From Pseudanabaena sp. (lineage in GTDB: Bacteria; Cyanobacteriota; Cyanobacteriia; Pseudanabaenales; Pseudanabaenaceae), in contig QBMK01000015.1 in the NCBI GenBank assembly GCA_003249035.1, forward strand, positions 22,833 to 86,832: a DNA stretch of 64,000 nt, given 5' to 3'. The notes under the pieces were generated by a model. That model was not told the DNA's origin. It worked only from the letters and a program-made list of their open reading frames with translations, and searched no databases. Positions within the stretch are counted from its first letter, which is position 1. Every line of letters begins with the position of its first letter. Below, piece after piece: positions 1 to 11,200 of the stretch. The position numbers and the translations under genes are program-made.

Positions 1-24
1 CATTGCTATAAAAGTTAGCAAGCT

Positions 25-2838
25 TTACTTGACTAATTCACCTAGGCAATCGATTAATTCTCCTACCACAATTGGTTTACTGAGATATCCATTAGCACCT
101 AGGCTGATTGCTTTCTGCCGATGCCGATCGCCTGTGCGAGAAGTTAACATCACCACGGGAATCGTATACCAGAGATCATTTGTGCGAATAGTTTGGAGCA
201 GATTAAATCCATTGATTCTTGGCATTTCCACATCAGATATAACCATCGCAACTTTACCTTGAATCCTATTCAAAGCATCGATCGCTTCTTGACCATCACG
301 ACAGGCGATCACTTCAAAATCTAATTGCTTTAAAACTCGTTCCAACATATTGCGCGTTGCGATCGAATCTTCGGCAATCAAAATTGTTTTTACAGGCGCT
401 TGATTGTTATCCTGACTGGTCTTTTGGTTGTTATTATTTGATACTTGGTTTTTGGTTTTACGACTATTCTTTAAATTGTTTTCTAGAATGAGTGCATTCA
501 AATTATCAGGAATTAAAACAGGTACAACTTGCCCGGTTCCTAAAATCGTGCATCCAGCCAGATAAATTGGAGTTGAGACACTCCGATCAAATGGTTTAAG
601 GATTAGCTGACGTTCTTCGATGAGTGCATCAATTGCCACAGCGATTGGAAGATCGCTACGATTAAGCACTAAACAAACTTTAGAATTCACTAATTCATTA
701 CTTGAATTGCTATATGGCAAAGTTTGTTTGAGGTGTATTAATGGGATAAATTTTTTCCGCCAAGCAATTTCTATCGAATTACCTGAATTAGAAATTTGGG
801 CTTCGGCATAGGGGAAAATATCTAAAACATCATTCGCGGGAATAGAGATAAGGTTCTCACCGATCGCACATATTAATAGGGTAACTAGACTTAACCCAAG
901 CGGTAATCTAACCGTAAAAGTTGTCCCTTGCCCCTGTAATGTCTCAACTTGGATATTTCCACGTAAACGGTTGATTTGCGATCGGACAATATCTAATCCC
1001 ATGCCACGCCCAGAAATATCACTAACAATATTGCGTGTAGAAAAATGGGGTTGAAAAATAAAATTAAGAATTTCTTGACGAGGAATTTTGCCTATGGGAA
1101 TTTCGGCTGGACAAATCCTCTTTTCAACAGCTTTTTTATACACTGTATGAAGATTAATCCCATCACCATCATCCTTAAGAGAAATTACTACTTGGTTGCC
1201 AGCAATAGCCGCACTAAGGGTAAGAATACCGACTTCTGATTTACCCAATGACAACCTAATCTCAGGGCTTTCTACACCGTGATCAAAAGCATTTATCAAT
1301 AGATGATTAAGTGGAGTCTGTAACTGTTCTAAGATAACTTGGTCAATAAGAACATCTTCTCCAAGAATAACTAACTCGACTTGTTTGTTATATCGTTGAC
1401 AGAGGCGCTTAAGTTGAGGCACAAAACGATTAGCAAGGCTTTTAAATGGTACGAGTCGTGACTGGGTAAGTTGACCATAAAGGCGATCCAAATCTTGGCG
1501 CAGGTATTCAATTTCTTCACCCAAGTCCCGATAACTAAGATCAATATCAGAACGACTTTCTCGCACTCGAAGTAGAACTTCTTGTAAATTTTGAAGAGTT
1601 GTATGGGATGTAGAATATTGATCAAGTTCTAATTGATCGAAATCATCGTCAATAGCATTAGTTGTAGATTGATCAACTGATTGATGTTGTATGTTCGTGT
1701 CAGTTGGATAATTGATTGGCGAAGCGACAAGTTGATCGTAAATAGTCTGTACTTGCTCTTGCAAGGGAATCATCTGCAATACTAGAGACTGTAAATTCTT
1801 ATTGGTTTGTCCTAACTGCTGCTGTTGTCGAAGTAATCGTTCATGACGCAAAATCATTTCTGCGACTATGTTGGTCATGCTCTCAATTTGGGAAGAGGGA
1901 ATCCGTAAAAATGAAATTGACTCAGCAGAAGTTGTAGCGATCGCTTGCACTTCTTGCAAGATTTGTGGTTTGACAAAGGATTCTTCATCTTTTTTCGCTT
2001 TCTCTTCTATATGCAAAGAAATTGGCTGAGGCAATAATTTTGAAGCTTTTAGTTCTGGATATAAGTATTGTAAACGCAGCGATCGCAAGCTGCCGATCAC
2101 CAATTGGACTTCGGACAAGAGGTCTGTGGCTACCTGTTCTTGTTGAAGACGAGCTTCAAATGGTTCCACTGTATCAATCAGCCAATCCAGCTTTAAAGTG
2201 TCCCCCAAGAGAAGACATTCATCACAAAAGCTTTGCAGTTCATTTCTAATTGCTATTTCAGATAAAGTGGAATTGGATAATAATTGAGTTTCTACTTGCC
2301 GAATGCAAGATTCTAAATCTTTTTCTAAGGAAGATATAACGATTGAGCTAAGTGCAGGATTTGGCTGATTTGCATTGTCCGTGATTGACTCATTTTGCAA
2401 TGTGCTTTGAGATTCGCTTTTAACAATCTCTAATAATGAATCCAGTCTCTGCAAGAGTTCTAGATCGATCTTAACATCAGTTAAAGCATTAGCTGGCAAG
2501 TTACTCGCTTGTGAAAGTACCGCCGCCACTTCATCAATACCATGACTGAGGATTTCAGCAATTGTAGTGCGATCGCAAAATTCATCATGTTGCAAAATCT
2601 CCAACATATCTTCTAATTTATGCGCGAGTTTGCTGAGATTGAGCAATTCGGCGATCGCTGAACCACCCTTGAGTGAGTGGGCAGCATGCATCAAGAAAAT
2701 GTAGTCTGGCTGCCCCGATTGAATTTGAGCTAAACCTTTTTGAAGATTTGCCAAATAGCCAGGCGCATCTTCGCGAAGAAAGCATTGGCGAGTCTCAACC
2801 GCTATTTCATGCAAAACTTCTGAATTTAAGGTTTTCAT
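25..2838 (-). CDS. CheA-like hybrid histidine kinase (Hpt, kinase core, CheW-like P5, C-terminal receiver)
   Basis: 937-aa ORF. Hpt motif AAHSLKGGSA is present. Kinase boxes are intact: N (LINAFDHGVE), G1 (DDGDGI), F (FQPHFST), G2 (SGRGMGLDIV). A CheW-like segment and an Asn-rich linker follow, then a REC domain (IAEDS, SDVEMP, LTS, SKP). It is the last gene of a PatA-CheY-CheW-MCP-CheA array like cyanobacterial Tax/Pil/Hmp loci. Confidence 0.9.
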   Translation of the reverse strand: MKTLNSEVLHEIAVETRQCFLREDAPGYLANLQKGLAQIQSGQPDYIFLMHAAHSLKGGSAIAELLNLSKLAHKLEDMLEILQHDEFCDRTTIAEILSHGIDEVAAVLSQASNLPANALTDVKIDLELLQRLDSLLEIVKSESQSTLQNESITDNANQPNPALSSIVISSLEKDLESCIRQVETQLLSNSTLSEIAIRNELQSFCDECLLLGDTLKLDWLIDTVEPFEARLQQEQVATDLLSEVQLVIGSLRSLRLQYLYPELKASKLLPQPISLHIEEKAKKDEESFVKPQILQEVQAIATTSAESISFLRIPSSQIESMTNIVAEMILRHERLLRQQQQLGQTNKNLQSLVLQMIPLQEQVQTIYDQLVASPINYPTDTNIQHQSVDQSTTNAIDDDFDQLELDQYSTSHTTLQNLQEVLLRVRESRSDIDLSYRDLGEEIEYLRQDLDRLYGQLTQSRLVPFKSLANRFVPQLKRLCQRYNKQVELVILGEDVLIDQVILEQLQTPLNHLLINAFDHGVESPEIRLSLGKSEVGILTLSAAIAGNQVVISLKDDGDGINLHTVYKKAVEKRICPAEIPIGKIPRQEILNFIFQPHFSTRNIVSDISGRGMGLDIVRSQINRLRGNIQVETLQGQGTTFTVRLPLGLSLVTLLICAIGENLISIPANDVLDIFPYAEAQISNSGNSIEIAWRKKFIPLIHLKQTLPYSNSSNELVNSKVCLVLNRSDLPIAVAIDALIEERQLILKPFDRSVSTPIYLAGCTILGTGQVVPVLIPDNLNALILENNLKNSRKTKNQVSNNNNQKTSQDNNQAPVKTILIAEDSIATRNMLERVLKQLDFEVIACRDGQEAIDALNRIQGKVAMVISDVEMPRINGFNLLQTIRTNDLWYTIPVVMLTSRTGDRHRQKAISLGANGYLSKPIVVGELIDCLGELVK

Positions 2839-2892
2839 TGGTACTGTTCAGGTTTTAGATCTTACGTCAGAGTCGATGGAGCTTTGTAGGGT

Positions 2893-5679
2893 CTATTCCA
2901 CCGCAGATTTTTCTAGACGGAATTGACGAACGGATACTTGAAGCTCATCAACTACACCCACAAGTACTTGAAGTGAAGAAACTACGGTCTGCGTATCTGT
3001 TGCCGTGGATTGGGCAATATTATTGGCATTTTCCATAATGCTATTTACCTTTTGAGAGACTTGCGTTTGCGAAATAGTACTACTAGAAATCGTCTGTAAA
3101 TAGTTGTCAATCGTCTGACTAAGTTCTGCCAAGTCTTTCAGGGTTTCCTTGGTTTCTTCGACAGACTGCGTTCCAGCGACAACCTCTGCTGTACCTACTT
3201 CCATCGCTTTTAAAACTTCTGTGGTTTCATGCTGAATGTTGGTAACCAGTAATTGAATCTCTCTAGTTGCATCGGTAACTCGGTCAGCCAAGCGACGCAC
3301 CTCATCAGCAACTACACGAAAACCTTGTCCATTTTCACCTGCCCGTGCCGCCTCAATCGATGCATTGAAAGCAAGTAAGTTAGTTTTTTCGGAAATAGTG
3401 GAAATAATTGCCACGATTTGCGAAACCTCTTGCGATGATTCGGCAAGTTGCTTCATTTTCTTTGATGTCGCAGCAACAGTAGAACGAATTGCTTTAATAC
3501 TGCCAACAGTTCGATCCATTTTTACATCGCCTTCACGAGCGGCGATCGCAACACGTCTTGCCATACCTGCCGCATCCTGAGCTGATTTAGCCACCTGTGC
3601 GATCGATTGGGTGTTTTGTTCTACTGCTTCAAGAGCTTGAGCGATGCCGTCGGACTGAGCCAAGGACGCAGTGGAAAATTTTTGGACCGAATTTTCGCTT
3701 TCCTTTGCTAGAGATTCGGCATGGATTGCAGTAGACTTGACTTCTTCGACTAAGGTCCGCAACTTCCGAATTGTGGCATTAAAAGCATCAGCAATCGATC
3801 CAACGACACCATCAGTTACCTTTGCCTCAGCAGTTAGATCCCCTTTTTGCGCACCTTCAATTTCTAAAAGTAGATTAATAACCTCCCTTTGCAGCAATTC
3901 CTTCTCTTTGCGTTGGGCTTCAGCCTCTTGTTCTTTGAGCAATGACTGTTGCGCTAAAGCCTTCTCAGACATCTCGATACTGTCTGCCATACTATTAAAT
4001 GATTGTGCTAATTCCCCGATTTCGTCATTGGCAAATATCTCAGCCCGCGCCTTGCGATCGCCTAATGTAAAACGCTTAGCGATCGGCGTGAGTGACTGAA
4101 CAGGTTTAGCAACAACGCGATCTAAAAATTGCGCTAATAAGATATCCAAAAGGATGACGATCGCTGCCGAGATACCTAGAGCAATCCATGTGTTTTTTAG
4201 CAAATCGTTCATTTCCGTTTCAGGAGTACCACGCACCAAGATGGCGATCGCATTGCTATACTTCGGTACACCACCTTTATCGGTTTCAATAATGCGATTA
4301 GGCACTGCTCTCGCTGCCATCGTGTAGTAGGTATTCCCCACCAAAACTCGACCTGTCACCGTTTGCCCATTTTCGGCTGTAGCTGCACGATTGAGTAAAT
4401 CATCTGCCGCAGCCCCTGTGATGGGTTGATTTGGATTGCTGGCTTCAAAATTTGACTGCTCCGCAGAAGTCGCGATCGCAAATTCGCCCGAAGGTTTGCG
4501 ATAGTACACAGCACTATAGCCACCTAGTCCTTTTTTGCCTGTAGCAACTGATTTTGAGGCTAGAGCTTTGAGCGTATTTTCGACGATAGGCGCTTTTTTG
4601 TTGACAATATCGCCTGAGATCAACACACCAATAATTTTCTGAGTGGTAGGTTCTTTGACAGCCGTTGCTGTGTAACGAATCAATGAATCTATGGGCGTAA
4701 AGCCATCAGGCAAAGGCGGAGCTTCTTTTTGAAGATCTTCAGCACTAACGATTGCTGTTGCTTTGATCTGATTTGGCTCTGCGAGAATATCGCTAACTAA
4801 ATTATTCGGATTAAATTCTTGTCCAGTGCGATCGGCATTAGCGCTGACAATTACTTTTGCATCTACGCCAACAAGAGTTGCGTATTCGATCTTTCTTGCC
4901 TTAATTTCATTCTCTAGAATCGTCCTCACTTGATCTCTTAATGGCGTTGGGATCGTCTGCTTATTCGTATAAATATTCGCAGCATTAATTACTGCCACGT
5001 TATCTGATTGCCCCCGGAAGCCAAATCCCATCTGATTGATCTTGATATTGTAGTTGATGTCCATAACTGACACCTCAGACTGTGACTGCTTGAACAATTG
5101 ATCTTGCAAAGACCGTCCAATTAAGAATGCCCCAAAACCAACCAGAGAAAGAGAGAGGAATTCTGAAGCTAATAAAGCCGTAAACTGCTTTCGTCCAACA
5201 GGTAGATCATAAAACCACTGAAATGGAGAAGACTTTTTCTTGGATACAGCCTTTGTAGCTTTTGCGGATTTAGGTGCCTTTTTGGCTTGCTGGGTATCTT
5301 TTTTGACTGGGGATGATTTTGATAATGGAGATTCTGCATATAACAAATTCGCCTGTGAATTTACCCCTGAGATCACAGACGAATTTGCTTGTGAGGAAAT
5401 AGCATCAGCTTGCACCGATCCATTTTGTACTTCACCCATGGCTTCGATTGCTTTACTTGCGATCGCGGCATGAGTACCATCTCGATCAGAATCAATAACT
5501 TGTTGATAAATCTCTCTAGCTGCTTTTACATCCCCCTGACTTTCTAAATCATACGCATACAAAATCCTAGCCATAGGATCGTTGTCATGGGAAGAATTAT
5601 TATTCCCGTTACTTGTTCCGTTGCCATTGCCATTAGAAGCTAGATATCCGGATGTTAAGGTGTCGTTGTTTTGAGTCAT
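2893..5679 (-). CDS. Methyl-accepting chemotaxis protein (N-terminal TPR-like cytoplasmic segment, 2 TM, periplasmic sensor, HAMP, MA domain)
   Basis: 928-aa ORF. Two hydrophobic helices flank a ~310-aa periplasmic region. The hairpin tip is canonical: [37 protein letters not shown]. Confidence 0.9.
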   Translation of the reverse strand: MTQNNDTLTSGYLASNGNGNGTSNGNNNSSHDNDPMARILYAYDLESQGDVKAAREIYQQVIDSDRDGTHAAIASKAIEAMGEVQNGSVQADAISSQANSSVISGVNSQANLLYAESPLSKSSPVKKDTQQAKKAPKSAKATKAVSKKKSSPFQWFYDLPVGRKQFTALLASEFLSLSLVGFGAFLIGRSLQDQLFKQSQSEVSVMDINYNIKINQMGFGFRGQSDNVAVINAANIYTNKQTIPTPLRDQVRTILENEIKARKIEYATLVGVDAKVIVSANADRTGQEFNPNNLVSDILAEPNQIKATAIVSAEDLQKEAPPLPDGFTPIDSLIRYTATAVKEPTTQKIIGVLISGDIVNKKAPIVENTLKALASKSVATGKKGLGGYSAVYYRKPSGEFAIATSAEQSNFEASNPNQPITGAAADDLLNRAATAENGQTVTGRVLVGNTYYTMAARAVPNRIIETDKGGVPKYSNAIAILVRGTPETEMNDLLKNTWIALGISAAIVILLDILLAQFLDRVVAKPVQSLTPIAKRFTLGDRKARAEIFANDEIGELAQSFNSMADSIEMSEKALAQQSLLKEQEAEAQRKEKELLQREVINLLLEIEGAQKGDLTAEAKVTDGVVGSIADAFNATIRKLRTLVEEVKSTAIHAESLAKESENSVQKFSTASLAQSDGIAQALEAVEQNTQSIAQVAKSAQDAAGMARRVAIAAREGDVKMDRTVGSIKAIRSTVAATSKKMKQLAESSQEVSQIVAIISTISEKTNLLAFNASIEAARAGENGQGFRVVADEVRRLADRVTDATREIQLLVTNIQHETTEVLKAMEVGTAEVVAGTQSVEETKETLKDLAELSQTIDNYLQTISSSTISQTQVSQKVNSIMENANNIAQSTATDTQTVVSSLQVLVGVVDELQVSVRQFRLEKSAVE

Positions 5680-5779
5680 GGCAGTAATTAAATGTCAATA
5701 AGACTATATTGGATGGAAAAAGCTGGCTCATTAAATTCAGGTATCAACGCAAATCGTTTTGCTCCTGAACAATCAATCC

Positions 5780-6313
5780 CTACGCTGAAGAAATATCACC
5801 TAATTGAGAAATCTCTTCACTACCACTCATATCAGGATTTAAAATCCGAAACATCTCATTGATGTTGACAACTCCATAAGTATTGCCATCAAGTTTTGCT
5901 AAACCTGACAATAAAGCTCTAGAGCGTTTAGGTAATTTATCTGGGACTGGAAATAGCTTCTGCCTATCAATGGGAATGATTTCTTCTAGTCCCATAATCA
6001 CACAGGCAAGACGACGAATCCCCCCATCTGGCATCACAGTACGCAATGCGATCGCCATAATTGGTTTTGCTAGAGGCATAGGTTGGATGCCAAAAAACTT
6101 CTCCAAATGCAGTACCCATAACAAGCTTCCTCGTTGATTAGTGACACCCAACAAACAGGGATTGACTCCTGGCATAGGACTAATATCTCGAGACTGAAGC
6201 TGTAAAACCTCATCAACACATTCCACTGGGACGGCTAACCGCATTAACGATGAAACTCTAAGTCTGCAATATTCTTGAATCATAGAAGTATTTTTAGTAA
6301 ACTCATTTAACAA
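5780..6313 (-). CDS. CheW-like coupling protein
   Basis: 177-aa ORF with a CheW-type pattern (VPVECVDEVL...PMPGVNPCLLGVTNQRGSLLWVLHLEKFFG). It lies between the CheY and MCP genes. Confidence 0.85.
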   Translation of the reverse strand: MLNEFTKNTSMIQEYCRLRVSSLMRLAVPVECVDEVLQLQSRDISPMPGVNPCLLGVTNQRGSLLWVLHLEKFFGIQPMPLAKPIMAIALRTVMPDGGIRRLACVIMGLEEIIPIDRQKLFPVPDKLPKRSRALLSGLAKLDGNTYGVVNINEMFRILNPDMSGSEEISQLGDISSA

Positions 6314-6328
6314 GTAAATCTTCTATTC

Positions 6329-6694
6329 CTAATTAACATGCTGATAAACTGTTTCCAGTAATTGCTTCGGAGCAAATGGCTTCGTCAAATAAGCATTCCC
6401 GCCCTGTCGCAAAGCCCAAAATTTATCAAATTCTTGATCCTTAGAAGTACAAAAAATGATGGGAACTTGTTTTAACTTATCCTGATTGCGAATAGTCCGA
6501 CATAGATCTAGCCCACTTTGGCCTGGCATAATCACATCCAAGACAATCAAATTTGGTGGAGTATGATTTGATAGCCATTGCCAAGCATCTTCCGCATTTC
6601 CTTGTAAAACAACTTCAAAGCCAGATCGTAATAGTAAACTGGAAATAAGTTGTTGCTCTGCATGTCCATCTTCGACTACGAGTATTGTTTTCAT
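6329..6694 (-). CDS. CheY-like single-domain response regulator
   Basis: 121 aa. REC signature residues are present: VVEDG, LDVIMP (phospho-Asp), CTSK, TKP. Confidence 0.9.
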   Translation of the reverse strand: MKTILVVEDGHAEQQLISSLLLRSGFEVVLQGNAEDAWQWLSNHTPPNLIVLDVIMPGQSGLDLCRTIRNQDKLKQVPIIFCTSKDQEFDKFWALRQGGNAYLTKPFAPKQLLETVYQHVN

Positions 6695-6746
6695 AAAGTC
6701 TTCAGTGATTTTGCTCTAAATTAATTAACTTTTAGAATACTCGGGT

Positions 6747-7970
6747 TTAATAAAAACGATTTGAAGAGCCATCCATATTGACCCCAATGTCACTAATAAG
6801 TTGACTACTTTTGTTATTCTGAAGTAGTTGTTGAACTTTAGCAATTAGTTTGTCTGCATTTACTGGTTTAGTAATATAGTCATTGGCTCCTGCAAGTTGT
6901 GCTCTCATGCGGTCAATGAGTCCATCTCGACCTGTAAACATGACAATTGGCACATTTCGCATATGTCGTGATTGACGTAACATCGTACAAAGTTCGTAAC
7001 CATCAATTTCTGGCATAGTGATATCCATTAAAATCAATGCAGGCTTTTGCCTTACAAGTGATGAAAGACAGCTAGTTGGATCGGTAATTCCCCACACTTG
7101 AAATCCAGACATTTCGAGTACCATTTTTACTTGACGCTGAACTGTATGACTATCATCAATAAATGCAATCATTGGACCAGAGGGAGACTGAGATGCGATC
7201 TCAGAACTTGTCGATGAGGAGGAAATCTCCAGAGTTTTATTGGCAATCAATGGACTCAGCCAACCTAACAAAATATGAGGTTCTCTTCTTAGTTGACGAC
7301 AAATTTCGTATATACTCAGTTTCTGCCCTAAGATATCCAACCAAACTTTCAATTCCACCTCTTGCATGCTCGTGTGTGGGACTGATTTAGCCGCAATTTG
7401 AGCGTTTATTGATGGATTGTTAGCATTATCCCAAAAGTTGCTGAAGTCTTTAACTCTGCTCGCATCAAGATAGATTCGCGAAAAAGGAGATGGTATTAGA
7501 GCATGAAGTTTTTGCCAAAATTGCACGTGACCAACAATTGGCTTAATTAAATCTGATAATGGTGCCGCAATAAGTACTGGTTTTATGCAGATATTAGATT
7601 CAAATTTTACATGGGCTTTAGTATTCGAAATTGCATGAATAAGAGATTCTCTAGACATCCCAAGCAGAATTCGACGAAAGTCGGTTAGAGAGAGTTGGTT
7701 TTCAACTTGCCATTCACAAAGACTCTCATACTCTGATTTGTCTGAACTCAGTCTTGGCAATGGCATATCTGGATTTATTTGTTGCCAAAGAAACGCGAAG
7801 CGCTCAGGGCTATGATCTATCGTTGTGGCGTAATATAGCCTTGACCCACCAACGTATATCTGCCAACCAATTGATTTGTCTTGCGGGGCTGATATGGATA
7901 GACAGCCAGTTAACTCTCTTTGACCAATAACCTGCAATAACTTATATGGATTCTTGAGACTATCTTGCAT
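6747..7970 (-). CDS. PatA-type response regulator (PATAN-like N-terminal domain plus C-terminal REC)
   Basis: 407 aa. C-terminal REC has FIDDS, LMDITMP, FTGR, TKP. The long N-terminal domain is typical of PixG/PilG/PatA-family regulators. It is the first gene of the five-gene taxis operon layout. Confidence 0.85.
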   Translation of the reverse strand: MQDSLKNPYKLLQVIGQRELTGCLSISAPQDKSIGWQIYVGGSRLYYATTIDHSPERFAFLWQQINPDMPLPRLSSDKSEYESLCEWQVENQLSLTDFRRILLGMSRESLIHAISNTKAHVKFESNICIKPVLIAAPLSDLIKPIVGHVQFWQKLHALIPSPFSRIYLDASRVKDFSNFWDNANNPSINAQIAAKSVPHTSMQEVELKVWLDILGQKLSIYEICRQLRREPHILLGWLSPLIANKTLEISSSSTSSEIASQSPSGPMIAFIDDSHTVQRQVKMVLEMSGFQVWGITDPTSCLSSLVRQKPALILMDITMPEIDGYELCTMLRQSRHMRNVPIVMFTGRDGLIDRMRAQLAGANDYITKPVNADKLIAKVQQLLQNNKSSQLISDIGVNMDGSSNRFY

Positions 7971-8241
7971 AAAATTGAAGTAATAATTTAAGTGAATTAT
8001 TCAGCAAGAAACAGAAGTTTCGTAAAAAGAAACTTTAATCAGACCCCCCATGTTCAAGATACTTAAAATAAATTATTCAAACGACAAGAATCAACAATTT
8101 AATATAGTTAACATAAATAATTTTAGCATTACCATGTTGTACTTTATAATACATAAATGAAGCCGTCTCAACCTAGATTTATCTCTCAAGCATGTTTTAT
8201 CAACATTATTTTTGATGAAACTTCGGAATAGCTTCAACTGA

Positions 8242-11200
8242 CTATGATGAGATGATCTGGTTCAATTTATTAATTAGTTCTTGTTCTCGATATGGCTTAC
8301 AGAAATATGCGTTCGCACCCAGATCTAAAGCCAATTTCCGATCGCTTTCATTAGTCTTGTCTGTAAGTACGATGATCGGCAAATTTTTTAGATCTATATC
8401 AGCACGAATACTTGATAAGAGATTGAATCCATCCGTATGATGTATTTCCAGATCAGTGATTACTACGGCAACATTTAGGCTTATCTTTAGGCAGTCTTTG
8501 AGAAATGAGATCGCCTCTTTGCCATCCTGAACCTGCTCAGTCAAAAAGCCTGACTTGGTGAGCGTCATCGCCAGATAGCGCCGAATATTAGCTGAAGACT
8601 CGACAATTAATACTCTGGGCTGAAGCGATCGTCTCATCTGAGGGGGTGTTAGCTCACTGGTAAACATTACAGAGCTTTCCAGATTTTCAGGCTCATGCGA
8701 TCGCTGTTCCGTTGCATCTAGTGAATCGAACATCGATGGTTCGGTATCTACGCTAAAGGATCGATCGCCCGAATCATCTACATTAGAGTGGATTGAATGA
8801 GAGGCAAGAACGGGAAGATTGGGGCGCTGACATTGCTTGACTAATTCTGCAGGATTAAGCAAAGCAATAGCCTGATTACTACCCAAAATTACTGTGCCCA
8901 GAAAAATTGGTGAAAGGATAATATCACCTTCGATTTGATGGAATGTCGCTTCTTGATCGTGCCAACAACCATCTGTTTGTAAAGCAAATAGCTCATTTTC
9001 ATGCTGGATTACTAAAAACGAAGGTGCGGCATGGTCAGGTTTCTGGCTTTCAGCCAAATTTGTTGATTGCTGGGATTTGGTTGATTTTGACCTTAAATTA
9101 GTGCGGCAATTGAGTCTTAGGAAAGAATTTAGTCGAACAATGGGCAGTAAGCGATCGCGCCATAGTAAATTCTCTTTCTCCCCAGACAAATTGTCATTAG
9201 CCTCGATTGGAATAACTTCCGATATCATCTTACTGGAAATAGCCAAACACATTTGATTAATATCGATTAGTAGCACACGAATTAAGGAGAGTATATTCGG
9301 CAAAACCAGAGTAAATTGAGTACCTTTTCCTCTTTGAGACTGCACCGAAATAGTTCCTCCAAACTTTCGCAACTTTTTCTTCACATCGCTTAATTTAGCT
9401 CCAGCTTCTGAATTACTTTGTACTAGATTAAAGCTTGGCTCAAGAATCAAACTAATTAATTGTTCATCACTCATATCCATCGTTGAAAAGCTTGGCATCC
9501 CTGCGATCGCTGCCGATTGTTCGACCTGATGGCGGATTTCGTCTATATCAATGCCACATCCATCATCACTAACCTTGATTATCGTGCTTTCATCAGTTTG
9601 AGTTATGATAAATTCAATTTTCCCTTGCGACACTTTACCCTCTTGTTGTCGCTCTTGGGGAGATTCAATTCCATGTTTAAAGGCATTGCGCAACAGCAGC
9701 TCAAGTGGCTCTGCGATTATTCCAGAGATTAATCTCTCAACCTCAACTTCTGCCCCTTGGACAACCAACTCAACCTGCTTGCCATACTGTAGGGAAAGAT
9801 CACGCAAAATACGTGGGAACCTTCTCACGAGACTGGAGATCGGATGTTTAAGAACTTGACGTAGATTCTTTCTTAAGTGATAAACATCTTGACTCATAGC
9901 ATCAGCTTGCTGCTCAGTGAGAGCAAGTACATTGTCAATCTGCTCAACTGCATTTTGTATACCTGCGATCGCGGTTTGGTTCTGGCTATTGGAGTTAGTT
10001 TCTAATAACTGTAATTGTTTTTGCGCTTCTTCCGAAAGCGATTTGATTTCGTTTAAATAAATATCTAGACTCCCCTTCCGCACTAACAATTCTTCTGACA
10101 AATCCCCCAACATTTCCAAATGATTTAATGGAATACGGATCGCCCCATCATTACCTCTTGCGGCAATCAGGACGTCTGACTTCCTGCTTAAATCCATCTC
10201 AGATTTTGCAACTATGGGTAAGGCAGAGAAATCAGCAAAAGAGATCTCTTTGTCCCCAAAATCAATAATTGATAAGTCTTGCCAAGAAGAATCGAAATTA
10301 TCAGGATTATTCTGATAAATTGGAGATTCCTCTATAGCCGTATCAATATCAGAAGCCGGAAAATCTTCTTTGAGTACTTCTGCTAACGTTGAGCTATTGT
10401 CTGGATTTGGACTAGTAGTTTTTGGTGCTTGGAGATTCTGAGCGGAATCTAGACGAGATGTAATGTGATCTAATGACTCAAAAAAGTTGACGAGAGGCTC
10501 GTCAACAGCTTTGTCATCATTAGATAAATCAAAATCAGATAGATCAAAAGCCGGCACAAGTTCTTCATCATTCGTCCTTGTCCAAGAATCCATGATTGTG
10601 AATTTGCTCCAGGCATCTCCATCCTCTCTTATATCTTTTTCCTCGGCTAAATCTTGCTCATTCCACTTAGTCCCTTGGATTTCAGTCTCATCCTCACTAC
10701 CCTGTAACTGTTCAGAAGATTGAGAAAATATTTCAGCAAGTAATTCGGGCATTGGTAATCTTTCCTGATTACTGCTTTCATTCAAGTTTTCAATTAACCC
10801 ATCTAAATCCCATTCAGGTGAGTCTTCAAATAAACGAGGGAATAACTTCTCTAATTCATCGATAGACCCTCCTAAGAGGTCTTGAGGCGACTCGCTGAAG
10901 TTCAAATAATCGTCTAATTGACCCGTCTGAGTTATTAAATTAACTTCTGGATTATCAATTTCTTCTGTTGGATTTTCATAATAGACATCCTGATCTGCAA
11001 GATCGGAATCTACACCAAAATCTATATCAAATAGATGGAGATCCTCTGGCTTGTCTTCAATGTTTGAAAGTTCATTTGTTCTATCATTGAGCTCTAAATA
11101 TCTTTGGGATAGAGTTTCATTTGTTTCCAATTGCAAATGTTCGTTAACTTGAGAAAATAAGTTCTGCTGTATCTCTACCCAGTCTTTAGCTAAATCAATT

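Noticed and set aside
3365-5473. Plus-strand ORFs of 71-142 aa (for example 3671-4099) inside the first MCP gene. Similar ORFs occur at 11779-14445 inside the second MCP and at 60869-61672 inside the DUF362 gene.
   Set aside because: They are antisense to long, well-supported genes, Ser/Ala/Cys-rich and without recognisable domains. This is the typical mirror-frame artefact of Ala/Glu/Gln-rich coiled-coil coding sequence.
7971-8241. A 271-nt AT-rich spacer inside the chemosensory array, examined for small ORFs or RNA structure.
   Set aside because: There are no convincing hairpins, repeats or ORFs. It is most simply an internal promoter or spacer, as mentioned under the array finding.
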